The notes under the pieces were generated by a model. That model worked only from the letters and a program-made list of their open reading frames with translations. It searched no databases and was not told the origin of the DNA. DNA of 64,000 nt from positions 1-64,000 of the forward strand of contig JAEOTM010000145.1 in assembly GCA_016839815.1 (NCBI GenBank), written 5' to 3'. Shown piece after piece: positions 37,158 through 47,023 of the stretch (within the stretch, counting starts at the first letter, position 1; every line of letters begins with the position of its first letter). The position numbers were made by a program, and so were the translations under genes. The DNA comes from Candidatus Hodarchaeota archaeon. Lineage in GTDB: Archaea > Asgardarchaeota > Heimdallarchaeia > Hodarchaeales > Hodarchaeaceae.

Positions 37158-38081
37158 TTGTCATATTTAGCCAAGAAAGATATTAACAAGATACTTATTC
37201 TCGGCTTACAAGCCTCTGGAAAGACTACTATAGTTAATGCGGTGACTGAGGGTCACATTCCCACTGAAGAAGAAGAATATCTCCCCACCATTGACTATGA
37301 ACGAAAAAAAATCATGATTGCTGGTCAAGAAATCGTGATTTTTGATATGGGAGGCCAAATTTCCTTTTTAGACCGATTCACTGATGGATTATCCGATTTA
37401 ATCTTTACGGGAGTAAAGGCCCTTATTTTCGTGGTAGATTCTGTTAAAGTGAAAGAATTAGAACAAGCCAAATATTACTTGGACGTCTCCTTAGCAAAAT
37501 TAAACGAGTATAGTCCAACAGCTTTTGCTTATCTTTTTCAACATAAAACGGATTTAATTCCTGAAAATCTAAAGGAAGAAGTTCGTAAGACCATTTCTGA
37601 TCACCTCTTGGTGAATCTTCCATTACATGTACGATATTATGAAACGTCTGTATTCAGTTCATCAATTTTTAATGCTATGGGTGATGTTTTTGCACAGACC
37701 TATGGGGTAACAGAATCCCTAAAACCCTTGGTTGAAACCTTTATCCAGCATAATGATGCTGAGATGGCTCAACTTTTTACCAAAGCGGGAGTTCCATTAA
37801 TACAGTTAGAAAATATTGTGAAATTTGAGCATGTTGCTCTTGCAGATGTTAGGACAGTTTTTGATGCAGTAGTACAAAAATTAGCGAATTCAGCAGATCA
37901 AATTTCATCCTCTGCTTTCTTTGAATCCAATAACCGTGTTTTTATAGTAAAATTTATTGAATCTGGATTGGTAATCTTTCTTGGTTTTCATAAAGATCAA
38001 TTGCGAGAAAAACATGAACAGTTACCTTCTTTATTAAGTAAAGTTCTGATGTTCTCTTCACAACTTGAGGAATTAAGTTAG
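37158..38081 (+). CDS. Rag/Gtr-type small GTPase with C-terminal roadblock/longin-like domain
   Basis: G1 GLQASGKT, G2 PTID, G3 DMGGQ, G4 HKTD, G5 TSV, plus a ~130-aa alpha/beta C-terminal domain. Start probably TTG 37158 after GAGG (ORF track extends to 36975). Confidence 0.85.
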   Translation: MSYLAKKDINKILILGLQASGKTTIVNAVTEGHIPTEEEEYLPTIDYERKKIMIAGQEIVIFDMGGQISFLDRFTDGLSDLIFTGVKALIFVVDSVKVKELEQAKYYLDVSLAKLNEYSPTAFAYLFQHKTDLIPENLKEEVRKTISDHLLVNLPLHVRYYETSVFSSSIFNAMGDVFAQTYGVTESLKPLVETFIQHNDAEMAQLFTKAGVPLIQLENIVKFEHVALADVRTVFDAVVQKLANSADQISSSAFFESNNRVFIVKFIESGLVIFLGFHKDQLREKHEQLPSLLSKVLMFSSQLEELS

Positions 38082-38144
38082 TACTCATATACTCCTTCTT
38101 ATAGTGAAAATCAATCAAAAAATCATCTGCAGAGACGAAACCTT

Positions 38145-39464
38145 TTACTGAAGTTTCTCCTTTTTACGATTTATACCGATTATGAAAATTGTTCCCATGA
38201 TCATGAACATTGCTGAAAATGGACTAATTTCGGGAGTTGTTGAGGTAGTAGTCGAGGTATTTGTCCCTGGATCTTCTGTTGTGGTTTGGACGGTATCTGT
38301 TGTGGTAGATGCTGTCGTCATTGTTGATATAGCTACCATCCATAGTTCAGTAAGTTCAGCTGCTGATCCCACTTTTATATGATAACTTACCATCCAACCA
38401 GTCTGTAAATCATAAATTATGTCGAAAGAAATAGTACTAGTTAGAATACTCATTGTATGATTAAGGGTGACAAATTCATTTGTATAAGAGGTATTAAAAT
38501 CGGGATTCGTATCAAAAACTTCATGGATTAACGTTACATTCGTTGTTAACAAAAAATTTAACGGATTCAGTGAGCTCCTATTGACATCTAGCTCAAATTC
38601 ATCAATAAGGTTTCCAAAAGTATCTAGGTGTTCTTGAGACATACGGATTGTATCAGGAGTAAGACTCAGAATTATTAGTCGAAATTGATCCCCAATTTGC
38701 CAATCTGTTGGTTCAGGAGTTGTTACTGCAATCATTTCAAGAACTTGCTCATCTCCTACTCCTACTCCTATCGTATTATGAGTAGGGTTAACCTCAAATG
38801 GATCAGTTGGTTCTGGTTCTACATATTGTTCAAGCTGATAATATGAGATTGGGTGATGGGTATCATTGTATGTTTCATAAATAATTGATTTCAACCAGCC
38901 AGAGGGTAATTCGTATCTTGAACCCCATCCCTTAGTTAATCCAGTGACATTTGAAAGGGTTGTATAATCCTCAAAATAGACTGCAGAGGAAGAAAGAGTG
39001 GTCGTATCGATATTTGCTTGTTCAGTGACTTCACCAATAAGGCTGGTATTTGTGGTCATAACGTAGCAATCAAACTTGAATTTCGAGAGGTCTTGATAAT
39101 AAGGATCGCTTGTAATTGTTGAACCATTCCCTAATTGATACTGTTCACTTATCAGAATATCAGTACTGCTTATGTTAGCAATACTTACTAGTATTTTATC
39201 ATGTAAGGATAAGGTTAATGGTTTAATCTTCCCACCAATGGTAATCCAAGTGGTGTTTTCTAGACTATAATTACCATCTGGTTGTAATATCTGCAGGGAG
39301 GTAATTTCATATAATTGATTTTCACCAGGCGTAATCCCTAATGTATATTCATATGGATTAATATCGATTATTGGAATTGCTGATGCAGCTGTGAGTAAAT
39401 TCATATATTGAGTTAACGAGATTAGTAGTACTCCTACAATTAATTTCTTGATGCTCCTTCTCAT
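38145..39464 (-). CDS. Surface protein with two internal repeat domains, Thr-rich linker and C-terminal TM/basic tail
   Basis: Repeats INPYEYTLGITPGE/VNPTHNTIGVGVGD, MTTNTSLI/LTTNVTLI, YELPSGW/YDLQTGW. Confidence 0.8.
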   Translation of the reverse strand: MRRSIKKLIVGVLLISLTQYMNLLTAASAIPIIDINPYEYTLGITPGENQLYEITSLQILQPDGNYSLENTTWITIGGKIKPLTLSLHDKILVSIANISSTDILISEQYQLGNGSTITSDPYYQDLSKFKFDCYVMTTNTSLIGEVTEQANIDTTTLSSSAVYFEDYTTLSNVTGLTKGWGSRYELPSGWLKSIIYETYNDTHHPISYYQLEQYVEPEPTDPFEVNPTHNTIGVGVGDEQVLEMIAVTTPEPTDWQIGDQFRLIILSLTPDTIRMSQEHLDTFGNLIDEFELDVNRSSLNPLNFLLTTNVTLIHEVFDTNPDFNTSYTNEFVTLNHTMSILTSTISFDIIYDLQTGWMVSYHIKVGSAAELTELWMVAISTMTTASTTTDTVQTTTEDPGTNTSTTTSTTPEISPFSAMFMIMGTIFIIGINRKKEKLQ

Positions 39465-39525
39465 AATTATTCCTCTCTAAAATCGACGTTTATACTAGGA
39501 ATGACCCCTTTAAATGATAGCTTAA

Positions 39526-40116
39526 TTACACAACAACTCTTTTTTCCTGTTCCACATAATATTTGTGTATTTTAACTCCCAAATAGGCGAAGATCGCACT
39601 CAAAATAAAATGTATGATGGTTACTGGAAGCACAGAAAGCAAAAAAAGGCAGATCAAGGACGGTAGAAGGTGGTTCAATTCTGTTGTTTCGCTTAATGCT
39701 AAGTAAGTAAATACGAGTATGATTATATCTATTAAAATGAAAAGCAGTACTCCTAAGTACGATATGATGGGGATTGATTCACTAATTTTTGGATCACCTG
39801 TTAATAATGCAGATACAAACGCTGTAACACTAATCGCCAAAGAAAATGATATTAAATGGAATAATTCAATACGGAGACCTTCAGATGAAAACCAAGTGGG
39901 AGATATGAAGAATAAAATGAAATCAAGAATATCTATTAGGTCAAAATTTGCTATAGTAGGATCATAATGGAACAAGATGAAGATAAAGGTAATAAGTAAA
40001 GTTCCATAATAAAAGGTAAATCCCAAGAATACTGAATTCCAATTTTCTTGGAGAGCTCGTTTGAATTCATGAATATAGGGAATCATACTGGATTCTTCCC
40101 CTTCAATACTAGACAT
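39526..40116 (-). CDS. Hypothetical multi-TM membrane protein (paralog of 7135..7713)
   Basis: Colinear similarity with 7135..7713 over the whole length. Confidence 0.75.
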   Translation of the reverse strand: MSSIEGEESSMIPYIHEFKRALQENWNSVFLGFTFYYGTLLITFIFILFHYDPTIANFDLIDILDFILFFISPTWFSSEGLRIELFHLISFSLAISVTAFVSALLTGDPKISESIPIISYLGVLLFILIDIIILVFTYLALSETTELNHLLPSLICLFLLSVLPVTIIHFILSAIFAYLGVKIHKYYVEQEKRVVV

Positions 40117-40208
40117 TGTGACAACTCCTTTTCAGTGTAGGAGTAGCTTACTACTCATAAATCTTTCTTCCTTCAATCTTCTTAAAGAAGAATTGGATAT
40201 TCAAATCC

Positions 40209-40655
40209 TCAAATCAAGATATAACCTATTCCCATGCAGACACCTACAATTAGATGTGTTCCTATCTGCAACGGAATAATTCTTGTTTTAAGGTTTTCTG
40301 GCCTTACTTTAACTAAATCGATCCATATGGCTAAGCTAAACATAAGAGATTCGAATAATAACAGGATTACTGCACTTAGTAGATCATTATCATACACATT
40401 AATCTTTAGGATTCCTTCTTGTCCCCATATAAATACAAAAATTATTGGGTGAAAGAAAATACCTAGAAATGATCTCACGAGATATGTATATGGTTTTTTA
40501 TCAGTTTTAACGAATTTTTTCCCCCATTCATGTGTAAAATCATAATCCTTAGGTAGATATGATCTTATTCGCCATACATTCGAGAATACGACTAAACTAA
40601 TCATCATTCCTACTACAGTTCCAAGGGCTGCACCAAAATAACTCATTTTCCTCAC
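40209..40655 (-). CDS. Hypothetical 4-TM membrane protein
   Basis: Hydrophobic segments with intramembrane His residues (FFHP, GTHL). Confidence 0.6.
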   Translation of the reverse strand: MRKMSYFGAALGTVVGMMISLVVFSNVWRIRSYLPKDYDFTHEWGKKFVKTDKKPYTYLVRSFLGIFFHPIIFVFIWGQEGILKINVYDNDLLSAVILLLFESLMFSLAIWIDLVKVRPENLKTRIIPLQIGTHLIVGVCMGIGYILI

Positions 40656-40698
40656 TTTTCTATTATTGTTTTTCCAAAATTATCAACATAGATCCAAC

Positions 40699-42117
40699 TT
40701 ACGTCGTTTTCGCAGCCTCGATTTCTTTCAAAGCAGCTTTATCCAGAGAGGATTTCATTCTTTTTGCAGGTAGAGACTTCAAATTATTGTAAAACTTCTT
40801 TCTAAAGAATGGAATTTTGCATAATAAAAGCATAAAGAAGTTACCTACCCTAATAAAGTATCTTTTTTGAGGAAAATCATATTTGCCATGTTTCTTGAAG
40901 TATCTATGGTCTGCTTGCCATATCATTCGAATTGGCCCCCAGATCTCATCTCTGAAAACCTTGTGACCTCCAACACCCAGAAAATTTTGAGGTCTCACAT
41001 ATTCCTTTTCGGAAAAATAAACCACTTGATTGGCAAAACTATGTAATTGTCTATCCAATAACTCTGAATTACCTATTTCATCCGTTATAATTCCTGTGAA
41101 GTTTGCATCTTGACGAGTCGTTGCTGATGCTTCTAGAATTTGGATTAAATTATGATTCGGAGTGGGTGGACCAGAAATTAAGTATCCAATTTGTTTTCCG
41201 ACAAGAGAGGGAGTGTGATTCCAGAAAAATGCTCTGTCATAAAATTGTTTCCATTTAGCTGACAAATATCGATTTTTCATATTTCCTGCAAAGATGATGA
41301 TATCCGATGTAATGACGCGATTATTATAAACGTCCTTATACTCATCATCATAGAAACAATTATAATCGTAACCACATCGCATACATCCTTGGCATCCACC
41401 TTTAATTTCAATGTCTTGAATATTGAGAAAATCAATCTCATTTGAGAAATTTTGCTTGAATTGATCTATCATCTTTCCGAGATTGGATTGTGGGTTATAT
41501 TCGTCGGTTATCATGATTATTTTCTGTTTCGTATCGATTTTTGGTTGATCAAGAACTGTTGGTTGGTATTCAAATTCAGAAAAACGCAAAGGTGAGTAAA
41601 GTTTTCCTGTAGCTTTTTGATTGTCGATGGTACTTAGGAAATTATCCATGAAAATTCGAAGAAGCTCTCTGAGTTCCTTTATACGATAATCATTCAAGTA
41701 AACAGACAAGCCATCTATAAATTGCATGTTTAAGTCTTCACATTCTGCTCGCAGATACTGATGTGCTGTATGGTCATAATAATGAATTGAACTAGAAATA
41801 ATTCCCGTGTATTTGCCTTCAAAGGCACTTTGTGCATTCCTTTCATGGATTAGTTCAATAAATCTCATATACTGAGATGGAACACAAAGAACATAAAGAC
41901 CAAAGCTCCAGAGCACTCCATCTGCAGATTCAATCTCCTTAATTACAGCTTGGAACTCCGTATCTTTTTTCTCAAGTTTCTTGATCTTCTTGGCTACATT
42001 TATTGTTATCCATTCATGTTCAGGATGAAACTGTTTGACATAATCCATATATTGTATAGTAAAACTCAGCTTTCCTTTTGGACTACCATTTAGTACAACT
42101 ATTTTCATTTTAATCAT
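40699..42117 (-). CDS. Tandem flavodoxin-like NAD(P)H-dependent oxidoreductase with iron-sulfur flavoprotein Cys motif
   Basis: IVVLNGSPKG N-terminal domain; second domain has GGCQGCMRCGYDYNC (Cx2Cx2Cx5C). Confidence 0.85.
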   Translation of the reverse strand: MIKMKIVVLNGSPKGKLSFTIQYMDYVKQFHPEHEWITINVAKKIKKLEKKDTEFQAVIKEIESADGVLWSFGLYVLCVPSQYMRFIELIHERNAQSAFEGKYTGIISSSIHYYDHTAHQYLRAECEDLNMQFIDGLSVYLNDYRIKELRELLRIFMDNFLSTIDNQKATGKLYSPLRFSEFEYQPTVLDQPKIDTKQKIIMITDEYNPQSNLGKMIDQFKQNFSNEIDFLNIQDIEIKGGCQGCMRCGYDYNCFYDDEYKDVYNNRVITSDIIIFAGNMKNRYLSAKWKQFYDRAFFWNHTPSLVGKQIGYLISGPPTPNHNLIQILEASATTRQDANFTGIITDEIGNSELLDRQLHSFANQVVYFSEKEYVRPQNFLGVGGHKVFRDEIWGPIRMIWQADHRYFKKHGKYDFPQKRYFIRVGNFFMLLLCKIPFFRKKFYNNLKSLPAKRMKSSLDKAALKEIEAAKTT

Positions 42118-42120
42118 CTC

Positions 42121-42546
42121 TTAAGGAGGTAGAATATAATTCTCAAATTCCTCATCAGGTTCTTGTTCAAGTAATTTCCTCACATACCAAATACCTTCTT
42201 TCTCGATGAAGAATAGCTCAAAGCCTGACTTATGTAATTTCGCAAGAAACTGCAGATTGAGAATATAAGAGGCTAAAACAGAATGGAGATTACTTGAAGG
42301 ATCGGAATTCACCTTTCGGTGGGAATTAATTAGAGGAAATACTTCTACATGCAAAGATATGTTATTTGATTTAGCTTCAGCAACCAGATAAATCCTTATA
42401 CAGTTTTTATTTAATAAAATCAGTGATTTATTTACATCAATTCCGCTTTTTCTGGAATCTAGGGTTTCAAGATAATATTGAAGTTGATGGAAGGATTCTA
42501 CCAGATTTAGGGAATTTTTAATAACTATCCGTCCTGAAATAGTCAT
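42121..42546 (-). CDS. Hypothetical protein
   Basis: 141-aa ORF ending 3 bp upstream of the oxidoreductase start. Confidence 0.55.
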   Translation of the reverse strand: MTISGRIVIKNSLNLVESFHQLQYYLETLDSRKSGIDVNKSLILLNKNCIRIYLVAEAKSNNISLHVEVFPLINSHRKVNSDPSSNLHSVLASYILNLQFLAKLHKSGFELFFIEKEGIWYVRKLLEQEPDEEFENYILPP

Positions 42547-42845
42547 TTATAATAGAAAACTCTTAATGATATTACTGATTGGACGTTTACTTTGATCATA
42601 ATTTAAATAATTTTTGAATTAGCGAGTATTTCGGAATTAAAGACGAATCAAGACATATCTCAACACTAAATGATTTTTTGACCCAACAGCAAGTTTGAAT
42701 TGAAGAATTTCCAGAAAGTCTGAAGAAATTAATCAATTTTCTGGGTAATTCAAAAGAAAATTCTAGAGGAGAGATACATAGTCTTGTTAAGAACGGAGCT
42801 TAACCATGATTCCAACATGTAAAAAACGAATGAAACCATTCGTTT

Positions 42846-43757
42846 TTACAGACCTGCTTTAGCGATCGTTTCCCGTAAACGAATTGTCTTGAGATCAGGA
42901 TAGAGACGAACTGGCTCCCAAATAAAAATCCTAGTGCTTATAATAAATGGATGGCGACGTAACATCTGAGTAATTCTGGTTATCCTTTTAATTTTCTCAA
43001 CAGTAAATATAACAGAAAATCTTGAATGAATTGCAGATATATTTGCAGGCATAGCAAATTCATCAGGATATTCTTGCTTCATCCATAAAATTAGTTCTGG
43101 AATAGAGGTCGAATTTCCATCAAAATAGATCCAGAATATTGTTGAAATAGAATCGCCGAAATTAGGAAATGCACGCGTACCTGTTTCCACTACTCCTGTG
43201 TTTAGTAAGTTATTCAGTAAATCTGTAATCAATCCAGGTGCAATTCCAGATCGTCTAGCTATCTCACTTATAGACATCCGTGGGGAACCAACTAGATGAC
43301 TTAGAATTATTAATTCAGTTTGTGTAAGTTCCACTTTAGTTCCACTTGGTGATACTGTTGGAAAGATTTCAATTTCTTTCACAAAAGGGAATTTACGAAT
43401 GAAATTTCCAATTTCAGAAAGCCCAGTTGAACCATTCTGGTAAATCCCTAACACAAAGTAGTGTCCTCTTGATGAGGGTCCAACAGCGTTAATTCTCTCA
43501 TCACTACCAAGGTTATCTGCGAACGCATCAATGTCTTCTGTACAATCAGTATCAATTAAACAAACAAAAGACTCAGAATCAATCATTGCATTCGATAGGG
43601 CAACATAATATTCCGTGAAAACTCCAGTTGCGAATAGTTTTTTAACCCGATTCCTTATCGCATTCCCTGAAATACCATATTTATTGGCCATTTCTTGATA
43701 AGTTATCCTTGCGTTTCTAATCTGATCAACAATAATACCCGTATCAATCGAATCCAT
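42846..43757 (-). CDS. Tandem Lrp/AsnC family regulator (two HTH-RAM units)
   Basis: NARITYQEMANKYGISGNAIRNRVKKL and SPRMSISEIARRSGI HTHs, each followed by a RAM-like domain. Confidence 0.85.
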   Translation of the reverse strand: MDSIDTGIIVDQIRNARITYQEMANKYGISGNAIRNRVKKLFATGVFTEYYVALSNAMIDSESFVCLIDTDCTEDIDAFADNLGSDERINAVGPSSRGHYFVLGIYQNGSTGLSEIGNFIRKFPFVKEIEIFPTVSPSGTKVELTQTELIILSHLVGSPRMSISEIARRSGIAPGLITDLLNNLLNTGVVETGTRAFPNFGDSISTIFWIYFDGNSTSIPELILWMKQEYPDEFAMPANISAIHSRFSVIFTVEKIKRITRITQMLRRHPFIISTRIFIWEPVRLYPDLKTIRLRETIAKAGL

Positions 43758-43794
43758 AGATTTAATCCCAGATAATTTATTCTGAATATTATTA

Positions 43795-44742
43795 TTAAAC
43801 TTGTTTAACCCACCATTGTAATATTCGAAGAGCTCTTAATGTATTCCATCGACTTGCTTGCCGAGAGGACTCCATTGTAAACCAAATTTTGCCTCTAATT
43901 GGTGCCTGAAGAGGCCACTTCGCATCTTTTTCTCTTTTGGTTATTAATTTAATTGCATCAGTGAAACGTTTATCTCTTTCATGTGTAATCTTCTGGAAGT
44001 AGTCGAGCGCAGCAATTACTGTATAATACCAGCGGGGCGGAAAGGAGAGCATTGTCATTTTTGCACTAACTGTCTTTCTCGTTCGATGTGACTTGTAAAG
44101 TTCATGTTGCAACAAAAATTCATGTGCACGTGTTTGCATCTTTTCTATTTCGGAGATTTTTTGTGAAAAGGAGTTCTGATACTCATAAAGTGCTTCCAAG
44201 ACCATAAGAGTTGTATGAAAAGACGCGTGAGTAGCCCCTTTCAGGGGATAACGACAGTTCCAACCTCCATCTTCCATTTGATTCTTTACCAAATAATCGA
44301 AAATTGTATCCATTCGTTTATCTGTAATCTGAAAATACGAAAGGATCCCAAAAACAAGGCCAGTAATACAGGTTTCACTGTGAGTGATTTTTGTCCGGGA
44401 GTAATTTATCCCTCCGTCACTCATAAGACCATTATCCAGAAGTATTTGCGCCCCACGTTTACATTTTACATTCTGAGGATTAATTCCTAGTCTTCGTAAT
44501 AGAAGTAATGTATATGTGGTTGAAGTCCATTTTGGATTATATAATCCCTGATCCCATGTTCCAGCATCATCTTGATGATCTAGTAATTGTTTTCCCCACC
44601 CTTCAGATTCTATCTTTAATCGTTCTTTCTTAATTTCTTTCTGTGGGGATTCACATAAATCTCGCAATGTTTGCCATCGAATTGATGGATCTCCTTCTAG
44701 TAACCAGTCGATCGTTGTCTGATATTTCTTTCTAAGCTCCAT
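43795..44742 (-). CDS. Prenyltransferase/squalene-cyclase repeat (alpha-alpha toroid)-like protein
   Basis: QW-like repeats QDDAGTW and QMEDGGWNC; SFHTT; SFPPRWYY; SRWNTLRALRIL. Confidence 0.75.
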   Translation of the reverse strand: MELRKKYQTTIDWLLEGDPSIRWQTLRDLCESPQKEIKKERLKIESEGWGKQLLDHQDDAGTWDQGLYNPKWTSTTYTLLLLRRLGINPQNVKCKRGAQILLDNGLMSDGGINYSRTKITHSETCITGLVFGILSYFQITDKRMDTIFDYLVKNQMEDGGWNCRYPLKGATHASFHTTLMVLEALYEYQNSFSQKISEIEKMQTRAHEFLLQHELYKSHRTRKTVSAKMTMLSFPPRWYYTVIAALDYFQKITHERDKRFTDAIKLITKREKDAKWPLQAPIRGKIWFTMESSRQASRWNTLRALRILQWWVKQV

Positions 44743-44885
44743 TTTAACCCATCTTGTTCTTTGTATCAACCCTTAGTTTTATTTAAAAGAGATTCGAGGG
44801 GATATTTCACAGTGGGAACAATTGTCTAATTCTTGAATGAAGGAAAAAAGAAATCCTCCCAACCAGTGATTACCCGTTGCTAATC

Positions 44886-45782
44886 TCAGAGTAGTATTGG
44901 GATCAGGACACCTAAACTAGATAGAAGAGCTGCCAATAGAAGTATAGGAATTGAAATCAGATCCGTTTCTGGTACAATTCTCGTTTTTTGATCAGTTATA
45001 TCTGCTCGAATAACTGACAAATCATGGTCAGTTTTCTTTTCATTCACACGGTTTGCCATTGCAGCTGATAAGATTGCAGCAACGGTTGTCAAGGATACCC
45101 ATAAACCAATACTCTCACTCTGTTTCTCATAGTCAGTAATTTGTCCTGATAAACTGTTTACTTCAGCTTGTAGATTATCAATCGGAATTCTAAGTATCCA
45201 CCGGCTATCACCAGTGTCTGCCCACTGAACGATAAACTTAGGAGCATGTCCAATTAGGATGATTGAATCATAGGAATAATAATCACCATAAAAATCGAAT
45301 GCAGAAGTATTTTTAGCTGGTTGAATAGAATCAAATAAATTCTTGGAAATATTGTATTCATATCCATCTATTTCTTTAGATGCGATAATATAATCACTAG
45401 TAGTATTCTGGAAGTGAAAGAACATTTTTACTTCTTCAAGAGTAGTCTGTGTAAAACTATACCACCTTAAGTTCCACGCTATTTGGGTTAAATATTCATC
45501 CCTCTGTTCAGGTAAGAGTGTGTCATTAACGATGGAAAGTTGATTATCTAACATGATTGCATCAAATAGATAGGTTATTCCTAGATCATTATTTTGAATA
45601 TCGTGGATATAAATGGAATTTGCTTTAGCTTCCATTCTTGAAATCTGATACTGGAGATCATCACGTTGTTTTCGGAGACTATCTGCCTCTACAGAGTAAT
45701 CATTTTGCATAAACCCTGCGAAAAAAGCTGATACAGAGACAATGAGTATTGCAATAATTGGTATATATCGTATTATTTTCAT
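44886..45782 (-). CDS. Hypothetical membrane protein (TM, coiled coil, external domain, coiled coil, 2 TM)
   Basis: Hydrophobic ends; heptad-like LRKQRDDLQYQISRM and LQAEVNSLSGQITDY segments. Confidence 0.65.
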   Translation of the reverse strand: MKIIRYIPIIAILIVSVSAFFAGFMQNDYSVEADSLRKQRDDLQYQISRMEAKANSIYIHDIQNNDLGITYLFDAIMLDNQLSIVNDTLLPEQRDEYLTQIAWNLRWYSFTQTTLEEVKMFFHFQNTTSDYIIASKEIDGYEYNISKNLFDSIQPAKNTSAFDFYGDYYSYDSIILIGHAPKFIVQWADTGDSRWILRIPIDNLQAEVNSLSGQITDYEKQSESIGLWVSLTTVAAILSAAMANRVNEKKTDHDLSVIRADITDQKTRIVPETDLISIPILLLAALLSSLGVLIPILL

Positions 45783-45955
45783 TCTAATTCCCTTCTGTCT
45801 TCATTTTTTTAAAAAAAAGGTAATTTCGTTGAAAAGAGGGATTATATAAAGTTTTCAACCAGAATTTTTCTACCTAGATATTTCCAAAAATTAAAAAGAG
45901 TTCTCACTAAAGAAGAAGGAATTCTTTGGGAAAGATATGCTCCCGAAGATTGTTT

Positions 45956-47023
45956 TCAGCTCCTCTGTTTTTTCAGGAAATGTGTACTAAAAAATAATCC
46001 TAGAAAAAGAGTTAATGCTTCTAAACCTACAACGATACCATATTCAGTCACGGAACTGATATCAGAAATTAGCACAGGAATAATGGATGTAAACCTTGGT
46101 TGGGGTGCCTGGATCCCAGTCTCATATTGAATGATTAAGGAATAATTTCCTGTTTCGATATTAGTGATCTGTCCTGATATCTGATAGGCGCATAAACAGT
46201 CAGTAATAATAGAGAAATTGTAAACTTCTTGAATAATGAGTATATCGCCAGCTTGAAAGAGATTAATTTGAAGATTAGTCTTATCAAAATTGCACCAAGA
46301 AATCAAAATCTGTTGAAATTTAACTGATTGATTTTCAGTAGTTACACTAACATCTCCATCCTCCCAACCTGAGTAATCCTCGCAATTACACTGAGAGACT
46401 ACATATGATAAAGTAGCATCAGTTGTTTCGTAAGGAAATTCGTCATATTCAATGGAATAATCAGTATCTGTAACAGTTAGGTTTAACCCATACGTAAGAA
46501 TATCGGTACTAGAACTTACTGGAGGTTTTACACTAATAGAATACAAACCATTTGGTAATCGTGTAAGATTAGGTTTCTCTATACTGAATGGATATTCCGA
46601 GAATTTCGTGGTAATACCAGGAGTATAATTACGAGGAGTAATTACAGTTAAACTCCCCCAGAAAGGTGTCAGATTCAAATTGCTTTCTTCTAAGTCCTCC
46701 TGAAGTATGGGTGAAAATTCATCCGAATCAGGAAACTCTAATGATAGTACGTTGGTATTCGGATTCCAAATTTCGATTTTGATTTGAAAAGCTACTATGG
46801 TTAGATTTAACGTAATATTCAGTGTATCATATTCTTGATAGAGCGTTGAAAGGTTCCATTCAATTTCTGTTATCCGCACATAAAGAGGCTTTAAATCGTC
46901 CTTTCTACTAGAGTCAGAATAAGCCAGATTAGTTTCCACACGTATTTGAAATATTACACTGATAATTATCAAGAATAAAATGATGCTGAGTAATTTATTC
47001 ACCGAATACTTTTGCTTCTTCAT
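45956..47023 (-). CDS. Secreted two-domain surface protein with Cys motifs and C-terminal TM/basic tail
   Basis: Signal peptide; CNC...WC...DCLC; C-terminal TM followed by KKQRS. Confidence 0.7.
   Translation of the reverse strand: MKKQKYSVNKLLSIILFLIIISVIFQIRVETNLAYSDSSRKDDLKPLYVRITEIEWNLSTLYQEYDTLNITLNLTIVAFQIKIEIWNPNTNVLSLEFPDSDEFSPILQEDLEESNLNLTPFWGSLTVITPRNYTPGITTKFSEYPFSIEKPNLTRLPNGLYSISVKPPVSSSTDILTYGLNLTVTDTDYSIEYDEFPYETTDATLSYVVSQCNCEDYSGWEDGDVSVTTENQSVKFQQILISWCNFDKTNLQINLFQAGDILIIQEVYNFSIITDCLCAYQISGQITNIETGNYSLIIQYETGIQAPQPRFTSIIPVLISDISSVTEYGIVVGLEALTLFLGLFFSTHFLKKQRS

Noticed and set aside
38060-38081. CaaX prenylation signal on the GTPase
   Set aside because: The C-terminus is LEELS, with no cysteine.
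42705-42751. Imperfect hairpin (CCAGAAA...TTTCTGG) in a 300-bp intergenic gap
   Set aside because: AT-rich and mismatched; not distinguishable from chance, with no support for an ncRNA.
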